In this document: positions 30,665-41,487 of the stretch, in pieces
Position numbering within the stretch: position 1 is the first letter of the stretch
How the letters are laid out: the number at the start of each line of letters is the position of its first letter
From: Candidatus Magasanikbacteria bacterium RIFCSPHIGHO2_01_FULL_33_34
GTDB lineage: Bacteria; Patescibacteriota; Patescibacteriia; Magasanikbacterales; UBA922
DNA: 64,000 nt
Direction of reading: 5' to 3'
NCBI GenBank assembly: GCA_001782825.1
Contig: MFPS01000007.1
Span: 84,487 to 148,486, forward strand
Position numbers and translations under genes: made by a program
Notes under the pieces: model-generated
Databases searched by the model: none
What the model was told of the DNA's origin: nothing
The model's input: the letters and a program-made list of their open reading frames with translations, nothing else

Positions 30665-31429
30665 TTATTTATATCTAGCTATTAGTGTATTTGTATCCCT
30701 TGATCCTGGCACTAAATCAGCTAACAATCTAAATATTGCAAGCATAATATTTCTTGGAAATTTATCTTTGCCATTAAATAATGGAGAGGTGCGAGAATTC
30801 TGTGCTTTGATAATCTCTAACCCAGACCACTCTGCCATCTGAGCCAACTCTTTTATAGTATATTCTCGCCAATGACCAACAAAATTATCCCCTTCATCAA
30901 AAAATGGCTTCAAATCACGGCAAGCTGAACGTCCACACATTACACGACATCTATTCAACAAATCTACCATATTAGGCACAATACAAAAAAATAAACCACC
31001 TTGTTTCAAATTACGCAAACAAGAATCAATAAACTTTTTTGGAGATTTTTGATGTTCTAATACAGCTATATTCATCACACAATCATACTTTGTAGTATTT
31101 ACAAAATTAAATATATCTTCATTTAAAATAGACACGTTATTCTTTTGCCATACTTTACTCAAACTTTCTAATCCATTTTCTTTGACTGATAAATAATTAT
31201 TTGGTTGAAAAATATATTTGTCTAATCCAATGACTTTATATCCCAACTTGGATAAAGTAATCATAGATATACCTATACCACATCCAACATCCAAAACAGT
31301 AGATCCAACCGGAACATACTTTACAAAAAATTCTAAATTTTTTAAATTATTCCTAAATTCCCATCTCTGCCTATCACTATAAGGTGAAAGTTCATTGTAA
31401 GAATACTCCAAAGCTTCTTTTATATTCAT
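30665..31429 (-). CDS. Class I SAM-dependent methyltransferase
   Basis: VLDVGCGIG, AVLEH, LKQGG, VPN, HWREYT. Confidence 0.85.
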   Translation of the reverse strand: MNIKEALEYSYNELSPYSDRQRWEFRNNLKNLEFFVKYVPVGSTVLDVGCGIGISMITLSKLGYKVIGLDKYIFQPNNYLSVKENGLESLSKVWQKNNVSILNEDIFNFVNTTKYDCVMNIAVLEHQKSPKKFIDSCLRNLKQGGLFFCIVPNMVDLLNRCRVMCGRSACRDLKPFFDEGDNFVGHWREYTIKELAQMAEWSGLEIIKAQNSRTSPLFNGKDKFPRNIMLAIFRLLADLVPGSRDTNTLIARYK

Positions 31430-31436
31430 ATATATA

Positions 31437-33272
31437 TTAAAAAAATTTCTTATACCAAATTTGAAAAGTAATTAATGCCCACAATAAATTCATATTATAT
31501 GCTTTCTTATTAATATGATTATCTAACATTTTTCTTATTTCATCAAAATTAAAATATTCTTTTGTTTCTGGTATATAATTCTCAGACAAAACTTCATACG
31601 CCAATTCTTTCATATCAGTCCGCAACCATTCTGAAACTGGTGAGAACCACCCTCTTTTTGGTTGATTTAAAATATAATCTGGAATATATTTACTCATCGC
31701 TTCTTTAAAAATTGCTTTCGTATTTTTTCCTTTGATCTTCCATTTTGTTGGAATTTTCAAAGATAATTCTACCAAACGATGATCAAGTATTGGTACCCGT
31801 TGCTCAAGTCCGTAGGCCATAGACATTTTGTCACTACGAATTAAAGATTCGTCTACTAGCCATGAACGAATATCTGCCCACATAAATTGCTTTTCAAAAT
31901 CTTCAATTTTATTATTAAAATAATTTTCTCTATATATTTTCTCTACACTCAAATAATTACTATATTTATTTTTTAAAAATAAAGAAATATCTTTCTCTTC
32001 TTGGGCCATAAACGATAAATATCTTTTCTCGTCTGCAGGTAAATTTAATTTTGCTAAAGACTTATTTTTATGCTTGAATAAATTAATAAAAAGATTTCCA
32101 AATGACACTCTCAAAAAGCTAGGAATTTTTTGGTAATTACTTATCAATTTACTCATACGATAACGTTCATAACCACCAAACAATTCATCCCCACCGTCTC
32201 CTCCCAAAACTACTACCACCTCTTGACTAGTCCTCTTAGATAAAATATAAGTAGCAATTTGCGTAGCATTAGCGACTGGCTCATCCATATGTTCAATCAC
32301 ATCAAACAAATTATCTCGTGCGTCAGAGCCTGTAATTTCTATTTCTGTATGGTCTGTTTTATAATATTCACTTGTCCTTTTTGCCAAATCTGCATCTATA
32401 TTGAATTTATTGACCTTCACATCATAATTGGCTGAAAAAGTTTTTACTTTGCTCTTTGTGATTTCACTTACAAGTCCTGTTATAACAGTAGAATCAATTC
32501 CACCACTTAAAAATACCCCAACCGGTCTATCTGAAATTAATTGTAATCGTACAGAATCTTTCATCAAATTTCTTATTTGCGATATTGCTTCTTTCTTGTC
32601 TTCAATATTTGCAAAGTCCTTTGGCTCCCAATATTTTTCTTTAGTTAATTTATTATCCTTGTAAACTAAATATGAACCTGATTCTAATTTATTTATTCCG
32701 TCAAACATTGTTAATGGCGCTGGCACATAAAGAGTCCTAAAATATATGTTTAGTGCATCAGTATTTATTTTCCTCTCTATACCATGCTCCAAAATACTTT
32801 TAATTTCTGAAGAAAAAATAAATTTATCATTATCATAATAATAATATAATGGTTTTACACCTACTCTATCTCTAGCCAAAAATATACTTTTATCACTCTT
32901 GTCAAAAATTGCAAATGAGAAAATTCCATTAAATTTTTGCAAACATTCAACTCCATACTCCTTGTATGAATTTATAATAACTTCTGAATCACTATCTGAC
33001 AAAAATTTGTAACCCTTACTCTTCAAATCCTTCCGTATATCTTGAAAATTATAAATTTCTCCATTAAATACCAAAACCAATGAATCATCTGTACTAAACA
33101 TAGGCTGACTAGCTTTGTCTGACAAATCAATAATCGCTAGTCTAGTATGTCCCAAAGAAATATTATCACACACAAATATGCCATCACCATCAGGGCCACG
33201 GTGCTTTATTTTGTTATTCATTTTTCTTATTAATTCTTCACTGGAAAAATTGAAACCATTTATTCCACACAT
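31437..33272 (-). CDS. asnB: Asparagine synthase (glutamine-hydrolysing) family amidotransferase, probably glycan amidation
   Basis: MCGING, HRGPDG, RLAIIDLS, FNGEIYN, RDRVGVKPLYY, LSGGIDS, GDGGDELFGGY. Confidence 0.93.
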   Translation of the reverse strand: MCGINGFNFSSEELIRKMNNKIKHRGPDGDGIFVCDNISLGHTRLAIIDLSDKASQPMFSTDDSLVLVFNGEIYNFQDIRKDLKSKGYKFLSDSDSEVIINSYKEYGVECLQKFNGIFSFAIFDKSDKSIFLARDRVGVKPLYYYYDNDKFIFSSEIKSILEHGIERKINTDALNIYFRTLYVPAPLTMFDGINKLESGSYLVYKDNKLTKEKYWEPKDFANIEDKKEAISQIRNLMKDSVRLQLISDRPVGVFLSGGIDSTVITGLVSEITKSKVKTFSANYDVKVNKFNIDADLAKRTSEYYKTDHTEIEITGSDARDNLFDVIEHMDEPVANATQIATYILSKRTSQEVVVVLGGDGGDELFGGYERYRMSKLISNYQKIPSFLRVSFGNLFINLFKHKNKSLAKLNLPADEKRYLSFMAQEEKDISLFLKNKYSNYLSVEKIYRENYFNNKIEDFEKQFMWADIRSWLVDESLIRSDKMSMAYGLEQRVPILDHRLVELSLKIPTKWKIKGKNTKAIFKEAMSKYIPDYILNQPKRGWFSPVSEWLRTDMKELAYEVLSENYIPETKEYFNFDEIRKMLDNHINKKAYNMNLLWALITFQIWYKKFF

Positions 33273-33285
33273 AAAAATAGTTCTT

Positions 33286-33308
33286 AGCTATTAGTCCATA
33301 GCCAATAG
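33286..33308. repeat. Inverted-repeat partner of the heptamer array at 33703-33725
   Basis: agctattagtccatagccaatag matches the reverse complement of 33703-33725 at 21 of 23 positions. Confidence 0.7.
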
Positions 33309-33319
33309 TTCAATTGATT

Positions 33320-33673
33320 TTAAACATATAATTTCTCACGATATTTATATAACATTTTTAAAATTTCCAATAAAAGATTATCAGCTTTAGTAAATAATTT
33401 TATTCCTGCAAAATTTAATTTTTTTGCTATGACAATTTGAGTTTCAAGTTCAGTTGCAGAACCAAAGGAAATGTTAACAAACTGCGCATTTTCTTTTTTA
33501 CTCTTTCTTGCATACCCTTCGGCAATATTGGATGGTATTGAAATTGCACACCTTCTCATCTGTGAAATAATACCAAATTTTTCTTCCACTGGAAACAAAT
33601 TTGTTAATTTATAAATTTCTACCACTAATTCAATAGATTTCTGCCAAACAATCAAATCTTTATAAGTATTCAT
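33320..33673 (-). CDS. Four-helix-bundle protein (23S rRNA IVS/S23 family)
   Basis: YKDLIVWQKS, FP.EEKFG..SQMRRCAISIPSNIAEG, GSATELETQ. Confidence 0.9.
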   Translation of the reverse strand: MNTYKDLIVWQKSIELVVEIYKLTNLFPVEEKFGIISQMRRCAISIPSNIAEGYARKSKKENAQFVNISFGSATELETQIVIAKKLNFAGIKLFTKADNLLLEILKMLYKYREKLYV

Positions 33674-33681
33674 AGTTTTTA

Positions 33682-33723
33682 CTACTGGCTACTGGCTATT
33701 GGCTATTGGCTATTGACTAATGG
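33682..33723. repeat. Heptamer tandem repeat (CTAYTGG-like) x6
   Basis: ctactgg ctactgg ctattgg ctattgg ctattga ctaatgg, overlapping the gmd stop. Confidence 0.85.
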
Positions 33724-34687
33724 CTTCCAAATCTGCTTCTACCATCAATTTAACTAATTCCTTAAACTTTACTTTTGGTTCCCAACCAAGTTTTTCTTTG
33801 GCTTTTGAATAATCACCTACCAATAAATCTACTTCGGCCGGACGCAAGAATCTCTCATCAAACTCTACATAATCTTCCCAATTCAAATTAACAAAACCAA
33901 AAGCCTCTTCCAAAAATTCTCTAACTGTATGTGTCTCACCTGTAGCTATAACATAATCATCCGGTTCATCTTGTTGGAGCATCAACCACATTGCCTCTAC
34001 ATATTCTTTTGCATAACCCCAATCCCGTTTAGAATCTAAATTTCCTAATATAATCTTATTACTTAATCCATTTTTAATTTCTGCCACCCCTTTGGTGATT
34101 TTTTTAGTGACAAAATTCTCTCCTCTTCTAGGAGATTCATGATTAAATAAGATTCCACTACAAGCAAACATCCCATAACTTTCACGATAATTTATTGTCT
34201 GGTGATGCGCAAATACTTTTGCACATGCATAAGGACTCCTAGGATGAAAACAAGTTTTTTCATTCTGCGGAGTTTCAGATACCTTCCCATACATTTCACT
34301 ACTTGAAGCTTGATAAAACTTTGTTTTTATTCCACTATCTTTAATTGCCTCTAACAATCTTATAACACCCACACCTGTAATATCTGCAGTATACGCTGGT
34401 ATATCAAAACTAATTCTAACATGACTTTGAGCTGCTAGATTATATATTTCATCTGGCTGTATATTATACAAAAGCTTAGAAATATTTGTCCCATCAGACA
34501 AATCACCATAATACAAAAATAATTTTTTATCTTTATATTTTTCAAATAAATGCTCAATTCTAGAACGAAATAATATACTATTTCTTCTTACAATTCCATG
34601 AACTTCATAACCTTTCTCAAGTAATAACTCCGTCAGATATGAGCCATCTTGCCCTGTAATCCCAGTAATAAATGCTTTTTTTATCAT
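33710..34687 (-). CDS. gmd: GDP-mannose 4,6-dehydratase
   Basis: [64 protein letters not shown]; start set at ATG 34687. Confidence 0.95.
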   Translation of the reverse strand: MIKKAFITGITGQDGSYLTELLLEKGYEVHGIVRRNSILFRSRIEHLFEKYKDKKLFLYYGDLSDGTNISKLLYNIQPDEIYNLAAQSHVRISFDIPAYTADITGVGVIRLLEAIKDSGIKTKFYQASSSEMYGKVSETPQNEKTCFHPRSPYACAKVFAHHQTINYRESYGMFACSGILFNHESPRRGENFVTKKITKGVAEIKNGLSNKIILGNLDSKRDWGYAKEYVEAMWLMLQQDEPDDYVIATGETHTVREFLEEAFGFVNLNWEDYVEFDERFLRPAEVDLLVGDYSKAKEKLGWEPKVKFKELVKLMVEADLEAISQ

Positions 34688-34747
34688 AAATAATAAATTT
34701 ACTTGATTATATTGATTAAACAATGTCTATATTAAAATAAATATATT

Positions 34748-35950
34748 TTAACTATTTAATTTATTAAAAAAATCTTTAAATATAGAAATTGTATATTCTC
34801 GTTCTTCTTGACTTATTTTTTCATGACAACCAATATAAAAACCATTGTTATTAATCCACTTGGAAACTGGATATTCATTTTCTATTTCTCCAAAATCTTT
34901 AATAACAACCGGTTGATTTATCAAAGGGAGCATATCGCGAGTCTCAATATTATTTTCCTCCAAAAACATAACCAAATCTTTTTTTATTATTTTTTCATCT
35001 TTTATAACTATCGGAAACATCATATAGGCATGTTCTCTATTAGGTTGGATATGTGGTAATTGGATAAAATTTTCAAATTCAGATAATTGTGAAATATAAT
35101 ATTGAGCGCACTCAAACCGTCCATCAATAATTTTGTCATGCTCCTCAAACTGCGCTAAAGCCAAAGCGCCTTCCATCTCTGTAACCCGAGCGCTATAACC
35201 AGGTCTCACAAAAGAAAAACGTCGCAAAACAACATTCTGTAACTCCTCTTTTGACAAACCCTTGTCATCATCAATAGATATATAGATTGAATCTCTTCCA
35301 TGATTCATCAGACTTCTTAAAATAACGGCATATTCTTTATTGTTAGTAAGAGCTAAACCACCAACACCAGAAGTAAGCAAATGTGCCATATAAGTTGAAA
35401 AACAACTAATATCACCAAAAGATCCAACTTTTTTTTCTTTATAGGAAACAAACATTGTTTCACATGAATCTTCAATTATTTTTAAATTGTATTTAGCACT
35501 AATTTCTAAAATTGGATCCATATCTGCTGGCTGACCAAACAAATGTACTACCATAATAGCTTTTGTATTTGAGCTTATCTTTTTTTCAATTTGTTTTGGA
35601 TCAATATTGTACGAATTACTTTCTACATCCACAAAAACTGGCTTCAAACCTTGGTCAACTATTACATTATAATCAGAAATAAAAGTAGTTGCTGGTAAAA
35701 TTATCTCCGCTCCTTGAGACCAATTATGCGCTTCTTTTAAACAAGCTATAGACAAACGCAAAGCATCAGTCCCACTATTCATCATAACCCCATATTTTGC
35801 ACCGTGATATTCCGAGAATTTTTTCTCAAATTCCTGAAGATATTTGCCATAAGACAATCTACCAGAATCTAGTACATCATTTACATATTTTTTGGCATTT
35901 TCTGAAATATTAGCTGTACCAACACCAACTTGTTTTTTTGCTTTATCCAT
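34748..35950 (-). CDS. DegT/DnrJ-family PLP enzyme, His-type (ColD-like GDP-4-keto-6-deoxymannose 3-dehydratase candidate)
   Basis: NSGTDAL, IEDSCE, CFSTYMAHLLTSGVGG (His at the usual Lys), NGFYIGCH; adjacent to gmd. Confidence 0.75.
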   Translation of the reverse strand: MDKAKKQVGVGTANISENAKKYVNDVLDSGRLSYGKYLQEFEKKFSEYHGAKYGVMMNSGTDALRLSIACLKEAHNWSQGAEIILPATTFISDYNVIVDQGLKPVFVDVESNSYNIDPKQIEKKISSNTKAIMVVHLFGQPADMDPILEISAKYNLKIIEDSCETMFVSYKEKKVGSFGDISCFSTYMAHLLTSGVGGLALTNNKEYAVILRSLMNHGRDSIYISIDDDKGLSKEELQNVVLRRFSFVRPGYSARVTEMEGALALAQFEEHDKIIDGRFECAQYYISQLSEFENFIQLPHIQPNREHAYMMFPIVIKDEKIIKKDLVMFLEENNIETRDMLPLINQPVVIKDFGEIENEYPVSKWINNNGFYIGCHEKISQEEREYTISIFKDFFNKLNS

Positions 35951-36007
35951 AAAAAATATTATTTTTTACCTAAATATTCCAACCTCTATTTTCTTTATTA
36001 TTACTAT

Positions 36008-36035
36008 AGTTTAGCACATTTTTCTTGCCTGTCAA
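36008..36035 (-). promoter_or_regulatory. sigma70-type promoter
   Basis: Minus strand TTGACA-16 nt-TAAACT with TG extension. Confidence 0.5.
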
Positions 36036-36066
36036 TCTTTCAATAATCATAAAAAATACCTAAAAA

Positions 36067-37272
36067 TCATTTCAATGCCTCTAAAACCAGACTATCATAT
36101 TTTTCATTAGAAAATAGATCTTTACTTTTTTCTACAGCTTTTAAAGAAATTTCTTTTCTAAAATTTATATCCAATAATTTTCCTAAAGCCAAGACAAATT
36201 CCTCTTTGCTTTTGGCACACAAAATATCCTGTCCACATTCAAAAGAATAGCCTGCCAAACCTCTTTCTGAAACTATTGTAGGGAAACCACGCACAATTGG
36301 TTCAAAAATTTTTTGTTGCATACCAGCACCAGAAAGAGACGGTATCAAAGCAATATCCATACCATCCAAAAATTTATTCAAATCATCAACAAAACCTACA
36401 TAACTTATAGAGCTAATCTCATTACATTGGTTTTTAAGATATTCAGGCAACTTTCCACCAGTAATAAAAAATTTAAATTTACCTGGATATTTCTTATTAG
36501 CTAATGGTGCAACTTCCTCTATCACAAATTTTACTGCCTGAAGATTGTGCTTTACATTATAAGTACTGCCCATAAAAAAGACATTCAACACTTTTTTATC
36601 CTGTATATTATTATTTTTACCTATAAAATTTGATAATGCTCTGAGTGGTAGGGTTTTAATTTTTTTAGCGCCTAATTTTTTATACAAAATATTTTCATCT
36701 GGAGTGATTGCAAAAAAATAATCACTTTTTTTAATACTTACAAATTCAGTAAGTGTTTTTATCTTTGATTTTAAAATATTAACAAAACTATAACCCTCCT
36801 CTTCCAAAAGATTATTTGGATCATATATAAGTGAATGAGTAATGATCTTGCAACCATAACGACGAGCGATTGGATACAAAGGCAACATAAAAGTATAGTC
36901 AAACCAAACTATTTCTGGCTTCCAACTATTTAAAATTTCTTCCATTTTTCTCTTTATTATCAAATCATCATATTCATATACAGAACCATCCCAAAATGGT
37001 GGCCATAAAATTCTTTTTAATAAATATTTTAACTTTTCAAAATATTTCATTTTTTGATTATAACGATATGGAACCAAATGAATAGGAATATTATATTCCT
37101 TTGAAAAATTCAATATATCTTCCTTACTTTGAAAATCAAAAATCTTCCCAATAACTTGGACATCATAACCTAACCTTTTCAACTGTTTTATTCCTTCCAT
37201 TCTGTCTTGCTCACATGCTCCTGAAGTAGGTATAGGAAAACGTGGTGTGATTAATAAAATTTTCTTACTCAT
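36067..37272 (-). CDS. GT4 glycosyltransferase
   Basis: LLITPRFP, FFMGS, YVGFVDDL, GAGMQQKIFE, GFPTIVS. Confidence 0.85.
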   Translation of the reverse strand: MSKKILLITPRFPIPTSGACEQDRMEGIKQLKRLGYDVQVIGKIFDFQSKEDILNFSKEYNIPIHLVPYRYNQKMKYFEKLKYLLKRILWPPFWDGSVYEYDDLIIKRKMEEILNSWKPEIVWFDYTFMLPLYPIARRYGCKIITHSLIYDPNNLLEEEGYSFVNILKSKIKTLTEFVSIKKSDYFFAITPDENILYKKLGAKKIKTLPLRALSNFIGKNNNIQDKKVLNVFFMGSTYNVKHNLQAVKFVIEEVAPLANKKYPGKFKFFITGGKLPEYLKNQCNEISSISYVGFVDDLNKFLDGMDIALIPSLSGAGMQQKIFEPIVRGFPTIVSERGLAGYSFECGQDILCAKSKEEFVLALGKLLDINFRKEISLKAVEKSKDLFSNEKYDSLVLEALK

Positions 37273-37303
37273 ACAATCAAAACTATATTTAATATTATAT
37301 TAT

Positions 37304-38212
37304 TTATATATCCCAATAATTATATATATCTTCAATCATTTTTTCATAATTTATCAAAGGACTCCAATCAATTAACTTTTTTAATTGTCCATTATCACCA
37401 TATATGTCTATGACATCATCTTGACGAACAAATTCAGGATTAACTCTTATGTCAATATCCTTTAACCCAGAGAATTTTTTCCCATATTGAATGACATCAT
37501 TTAGACTTATTGACTTGCCTCTGCACACATTAACTACAACACCAAACTTATCTTGCTCCAAAAGCATTACATAAGCCCTAACCACATCTCGCACATCCAA
37601 TATATCACGCTTGATATTTATATCTCCAATCTCTAAAAATTCTCTCTTTCCATTCTTGATATCAACTATTTGACTAATAATTTTAGGAATTACAAAAGCG
37701 TCATTTTGCGCAGGTCCAGTATGATTAAAACTCCTAACCACAATAGTATTAATTTTATTTGAAAAACTCTTGACTAATGTTTCTTGCTTTATTCTTGACT
37801 GCGCATATGCGCTTTCGCCATTCAAAGGATGATTTTCTCTTACTGGTAAATTATTTGGTTTACCATATACATGGCTAGAACTCACAATTAAAACTTTTGT
37901 ATCTCTTAGAGAAGATAATACCTCCAATAAATTTCTTGTGCCCTCTACATTGACATCATAAGTTCTTTCTGGATTAACTGATGCCAAACTCTGAGAACTT
38001 ACACCAGCTAAATGAAAAACATAATTAGGTTTAATTGATTCAATAGTAGTACGAAGCAAATCCTTATCAGTGATATCAACACAATAATAATTTTTATTTT
38101 TTAAATTTTCATAGCCAATCCCAAAAACATTATAACCACCATCTTCAAGTTCACGCTTCAAGTATGGACCAACAAATCCCCTACTACCGGTTATCAATGC
38201 TATTTTACTCAT
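37304..38212 (-). CDS. GDP-4-keto-6-deoxymannose reductase-like SDR (Rmd-like)
   Basis: ALITGSRGFVG, VFHLAG, SSSHVYG, YAQSR (Arg at usual Lys), RSFNHTGPAQ, RDILDVRDVVRAY; start set at ATG 38212. Confidence 0.75.
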   Translation of the reverse strand: MSKIALITGSRGFVGPYLKRELEDGGYNVFGIGYENLKNKNYYCVDITDKDLLRTTIESIKPNYVFHLAGVSSQSLASVNPERTYDVNVEGTRNLLEVLSSLRDTKVLIVSSSHVYGKPNNLPVRENHPLNGESAYAQSRIKQETLVKSFSNKINTIVVRSFNHTGPAQNDAFVIPKIISQIVDIKNGKREFLEIGDINIKRDILDVRDVVRAYVMLLEQDKFGVVVNVCRGKSISLNDVIQYGKKFSGLKDIDIRVNPEFVRQDDVIDIYGDNGQLKKLIDWSPLINYEKMIEDIYNYWDI

Positions 38213-39203
38213 ATTTTTTAATTTCATTAATAAATCTTTCTTTATAATCAATTGGTAATATAATAACATTTTCACTTGGCTTCAATTCATAGTTAGCTAC
38301 ACCAACATCTGACATAATCACTTTTTTACCAGCCATATTTGCCTCCATTGGCACCATACCATAACCTTCACTTAAACTTGGAAACAAAACAACATCACAA
38401 GTCTTTATATAACTTATATGATCATCTGTCCAATCTTCAAATTTGATATTATTTTCTAGACCTAACATTTTTACTTTTTCGATCAAAATATTTTTCTGCG
38501 AACCACTACCAACCACAAGTAATAAATAATCTTTTTTTTCTTTAATTACTTCTGCAAAAATATCAATTAAAAAATCAATATTCTTGACAAGCTCAAGCCT
38601 ACCAATACTTAAAAATATTTTATTATAAGCAGAATATTTTTTCTTCAAGTCTGTCTTGATTTGATATGATTCAATATATTCTTTATTCACTTCTATTGCT
38701 CTCAATTCTATTTTGTCTTCATTCACTCCCAATTCTAATAAATTATTCTTTATTCTTTCCCCTACTACTCTTATTTTATCTGCATTATACAAAACTATAT
38801 ATTTTGCCAAAAAATATTGTATAAAATTTTTAAAACCACTTTTTTTATAATAACTATTACCAAAAAAATCTCCGTGCAATTGAATCTCCAAATTAATTTT
38901 TGTCTTTTTCTTTAAAATCAAACCTAATAAACCAGTAAAAAATGGATCTTGTGTTGTTATCAAGTCAATAACATATTTTTTAATGATAATCTCGCCTTTC
39001 TTTTTTAATTTTATAAATTGTTTAATTTTATTACCACCAATTCCCCAAACTTTAACCTCTGGAGACAATTCTACAAACTTATCTATAGTATTTGGTACAA
39101 TAATATACAATCTATCATATACACCATAATCAACCATGCGTTTCGCCACCATAGAGTTACTGTCCAATATTTTATTGTCTAAACTTATCATTAATTTTGG
39201 CAT
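38205..39203 (-). CDS. GT4 glycosyltransferase
   Basis: TTQDPFFTG, IGRLELVKN, PSLSEGYGMVPMEA, SDVG. Confidence 0.88.
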   Translation of the reverse strand: MPKLMISLDNKILDSNSMVAKRMVDYGVYDRLYIIVPNTIDKFVELSPEVKVWGIGGNKIKQFIKLKKKGEIIIKKYVIDLITTQDPFFTGLLGLILKKKTKINLEIQLHGDFFGNSYYKKSGFKNFIQYFLAKYIVLYNADKIRVVGERIKNNLLELGVNEDKIELRAIEVNKEYIESYQIKTDLKKKYSAYNKIFLSIGRLELVKNIDFLIDIFAEVIKEKKDYLLLVVGSGSQKNILIEKVKMLGLENNIKFEDWTDDHISYIKTCDVVLFPSLSEGYGMVPMEANMAGKKVIMSDVGVANYELKPSENVIILPIDYKERFINEIKKYE

Positions 39204-40330
39204 ATTTTTTTTAATATAGAACTTGTACTATCAACCATTGATTTTAAGGAAAATTTTTCAAAAAATATATCCTTTTCTTGATCTGACCATTCTAAATTCA
39301 TTTCTCCATTTAACAAATTCAGAATTTTATTTTTTATATCTTCCTTATTGTTCAACTCAAACAAATCGCCATTTTTACCAGGAATAACTAATTCTGAATT
39401 TCCGCCTGCTCTGCTTGCCAAAACCGGCGTATTAACATGCAATGCTTCTAATATCAAATGCGACAAACCTTCATAGCCACTATTTAGCACAAAACAATCA
39501 GCCTTATTTATTTTACACATCAATTCTTTGCGACTTAATTGTCCAGGAATTTCAACCACGCCTTCCAATTTTAATTCTATAACTTTATTTTTCAAAAACT
39601 TCAAATCTGGACCATTTCCATATATCTTTAATTTTGCATTTTTTTGTTCTTTCAATATTTCTGGCATAATTTCAATCAATTCCAACATCCCTTTCCAAGG
39701 TACAAGCCTACCAGCAGAAATAATCCATTTTTCCTCTTCTGCTTTTTCAACCGGACACACCCCAACATAACTAGATGAATTATAAACTACAACTACAGAA
39801 TTTTCAGATACACCCCAACCTACTACAATATTTTTCAAATAAAAACTAGGAACTATAACTATGCTACTATTTTTAACAACTATTTTTTGAATCCATTTTA
39901 ATAATCTGACCATAAAAGAATAATTATTTTTTGTCTGAAAAATATCTATAGAATCTTTTACACCAAACCTCTGCACACCTTGTTCCCAAGCATAATCTCC
40001 TACAACTTTTACAACTAACTTTTTGCCAGTCAATTTAGATGCGATCATGGCTGGAAAACCAGCATTGACCGGTCCCATAGCATAAATTACATCGCTCTTT
40101 ATTGCATTTTTAATCAAAAGAAAAATATATTCAAAATATTTTAAAAATTTATTTTTATTTTTTACAATATCTATTTTACAAATAACAACTTTTTTATCTG
40201 AATCTGGATTTAATGAAACAATTTTAACATTCTCACCTTTTTTAGTAAGTTCATTCGCAATTGTAACGCTATATGTAGCCGGACCACCAAATTGTGGTGG
40301 AAATATATCGGCAGCGATCAATATATTCAT
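39191..40330 (-). CDS. GT4 glycosyltransferase
   Basis: IFPPQFGGPATY, VVGDYAWE, AGRLVPWKG, YEGLSHLILEA. Confidence 0.9.
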   Translation of the reverse strand: MNILIAADIFPPQFGGPATYSVTIANELTKKGENVKIVSLNPDSDKKVVICKIDIVKNKNKFLKYFEYIFLLIKNAIKSDVIYAMGPVNAGFPAMIASKLTGKKLVVKVVGDYAWEQGVQRFGVKDSIDIFQTKNNYSFMVRLLKWIQKIVVKNSSIVIVPSFYLKNIVVGWGVSENSVVVVYNSSSYVGVCPVEKAEEEKWIISAGRLVPWKGMLELIEIMPEILKEQKNAKLKIYGNGPDLKFLKNKVIELKLEGVVEIPGQLSRKELMCKINKADCFVLNSGYEGLSHLILEALHVNTPVLASRAGGNSELVIPGKNGDLFELNNKEDIKNKILNLLNGEMNLEWSDQEKDIFFEKFSLKSMVDSTSSILKKICQN

Positions 40331-40336
40331 AAATAA

Positions 40337-41449
40337 TCAAATTAAATCTTTAAAAATATTATTCATATTTTTTGCAATCAAATCCCAATTATACTTTTCT
40401 ATTACCATCTTATGTGCATTAATCTTGACTTTTTCTACCTCTTCTTTATTCTTTTCATCAATTATATATTTAATTTTTTCTGCAATACTCTTAGGATTAA
40501 ACACTTCACAAAACCATCCTGTTTCTCCTTCTACAAGAAAATCTGGTATACCACCGACTTTTGTACCAATCGTCGGCAACCCACTTGCCATTGCTTCTAA
40601 AAATGCATTACCCAACCCTTCAGACAAGCTAGGTCTACAAAATATATCTGCCTTTGATAAATAGTTACTAACTTCTTTTTGATTAATACTACCAACAAAA
40701 TATACCCTCTCTCTTAAATTATTTTCTTTTACTACATTTTCAAGATGATCTCTCAATTCCCCATCACCTAAAATAGTCAAATGCACATTATTATCTAAAT
40801 AACTCATTGATTTAATCAAATCTTCTATTCCATTTTTTTTGACCAATCGTGAAACTGTAATAACTTCTATATGATTAGAAAATTTTTTGTACTGACTATT
40901 ACTTTCATCAGTAAAATTAACTAAGTCAACTCCATTGGGTATTATATCTACCTTAACCTTTGACCCCATATCACAAGCCCAATCTCCAAGGTATTTACTA
41001 ATTGCTTGTATCCTATCAGCCATCTTAAATATCTGTTTAAAATATGGCCAAATAAACCAAACTCTTTTATAAATATGATATTTACTATCACCTTCTTGTA
41101 ATGTCAGTAAAAAAGGTACTTTTTTATTTTGTTTTTTATAACGTAAACCGGCAAATCCACCAAAACTAGCCATGATTGACCATACAATATCAAATTTACC
41201 CAAAGATTTTGCGTATTTTGGCCCGGAAAAAATCAGACGAAACTTGTCCCAGTTATTCCCCTTGCCAATCCGGTGGATATATAAATTATGTAATTTCTCC
41301 TCTCTTGGTAATTTTTTATCTAACTTTGATGCAATCATAACAAATTCACAATCTTCAATCCTGTCAGTGATTTCTTTTACCGCAATTTCCGCTCCACCAA
41401 TCAACGGAAAATAAGCAGTTGAAAAAATTAAAATTCTTTTTTTACCCAT
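40337..41449 (-). CDS. GT4 glycosyltransferase
   Basis: YFPLIGGAE, IPNGVD, VSRLVKKNG, SEGLGNAFLEAMASG, VGGIPD. Confidence 0.9.
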   Translation of the reverse strand: MGKKRILIFSTAYFPLIGGAEIAVKEITDRIEDCEFVMIASKLDKKLPREEKLHNLYIHRIGKGNNWDKFRLIFSGPKYAKSLGKFDIVWSIMASFGGFAGLRYKKQNKKVPFLLTLQEGDSKYHIYKRVWFIWPYFKQIFKMADRIQAISKYLGDWACDMGSKVKVDIIPNGVDLVNFTDESNSQYKKFSNHIEVITVSRLVKKNGIEDLIKSMSYLDNNVHLTILGDGELRDHLENVVKENNLRERVYFVGSINQKEVSNYLSKADIFCRPSLSEGLGNAFLEAMASGLPTIGTKVGGIPDFLVEGETGWFCEVFNPKSIAEKIKYIIDEKNKEEVEKVKINAHKMVIEKYNWDLIAKNMNNIFKDLI

Positions 41450-41487
41450 AAAAAAGTGCGAGGTTTAATTTCTGGCATGTTATAATT

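Noticed and set aside
33320-33673. Four-helix-bundle gene as the Avd of a diversity-generating retroelement
   Set aside because: No reverse transcriptase and no template/variable repeat pair seen in the window
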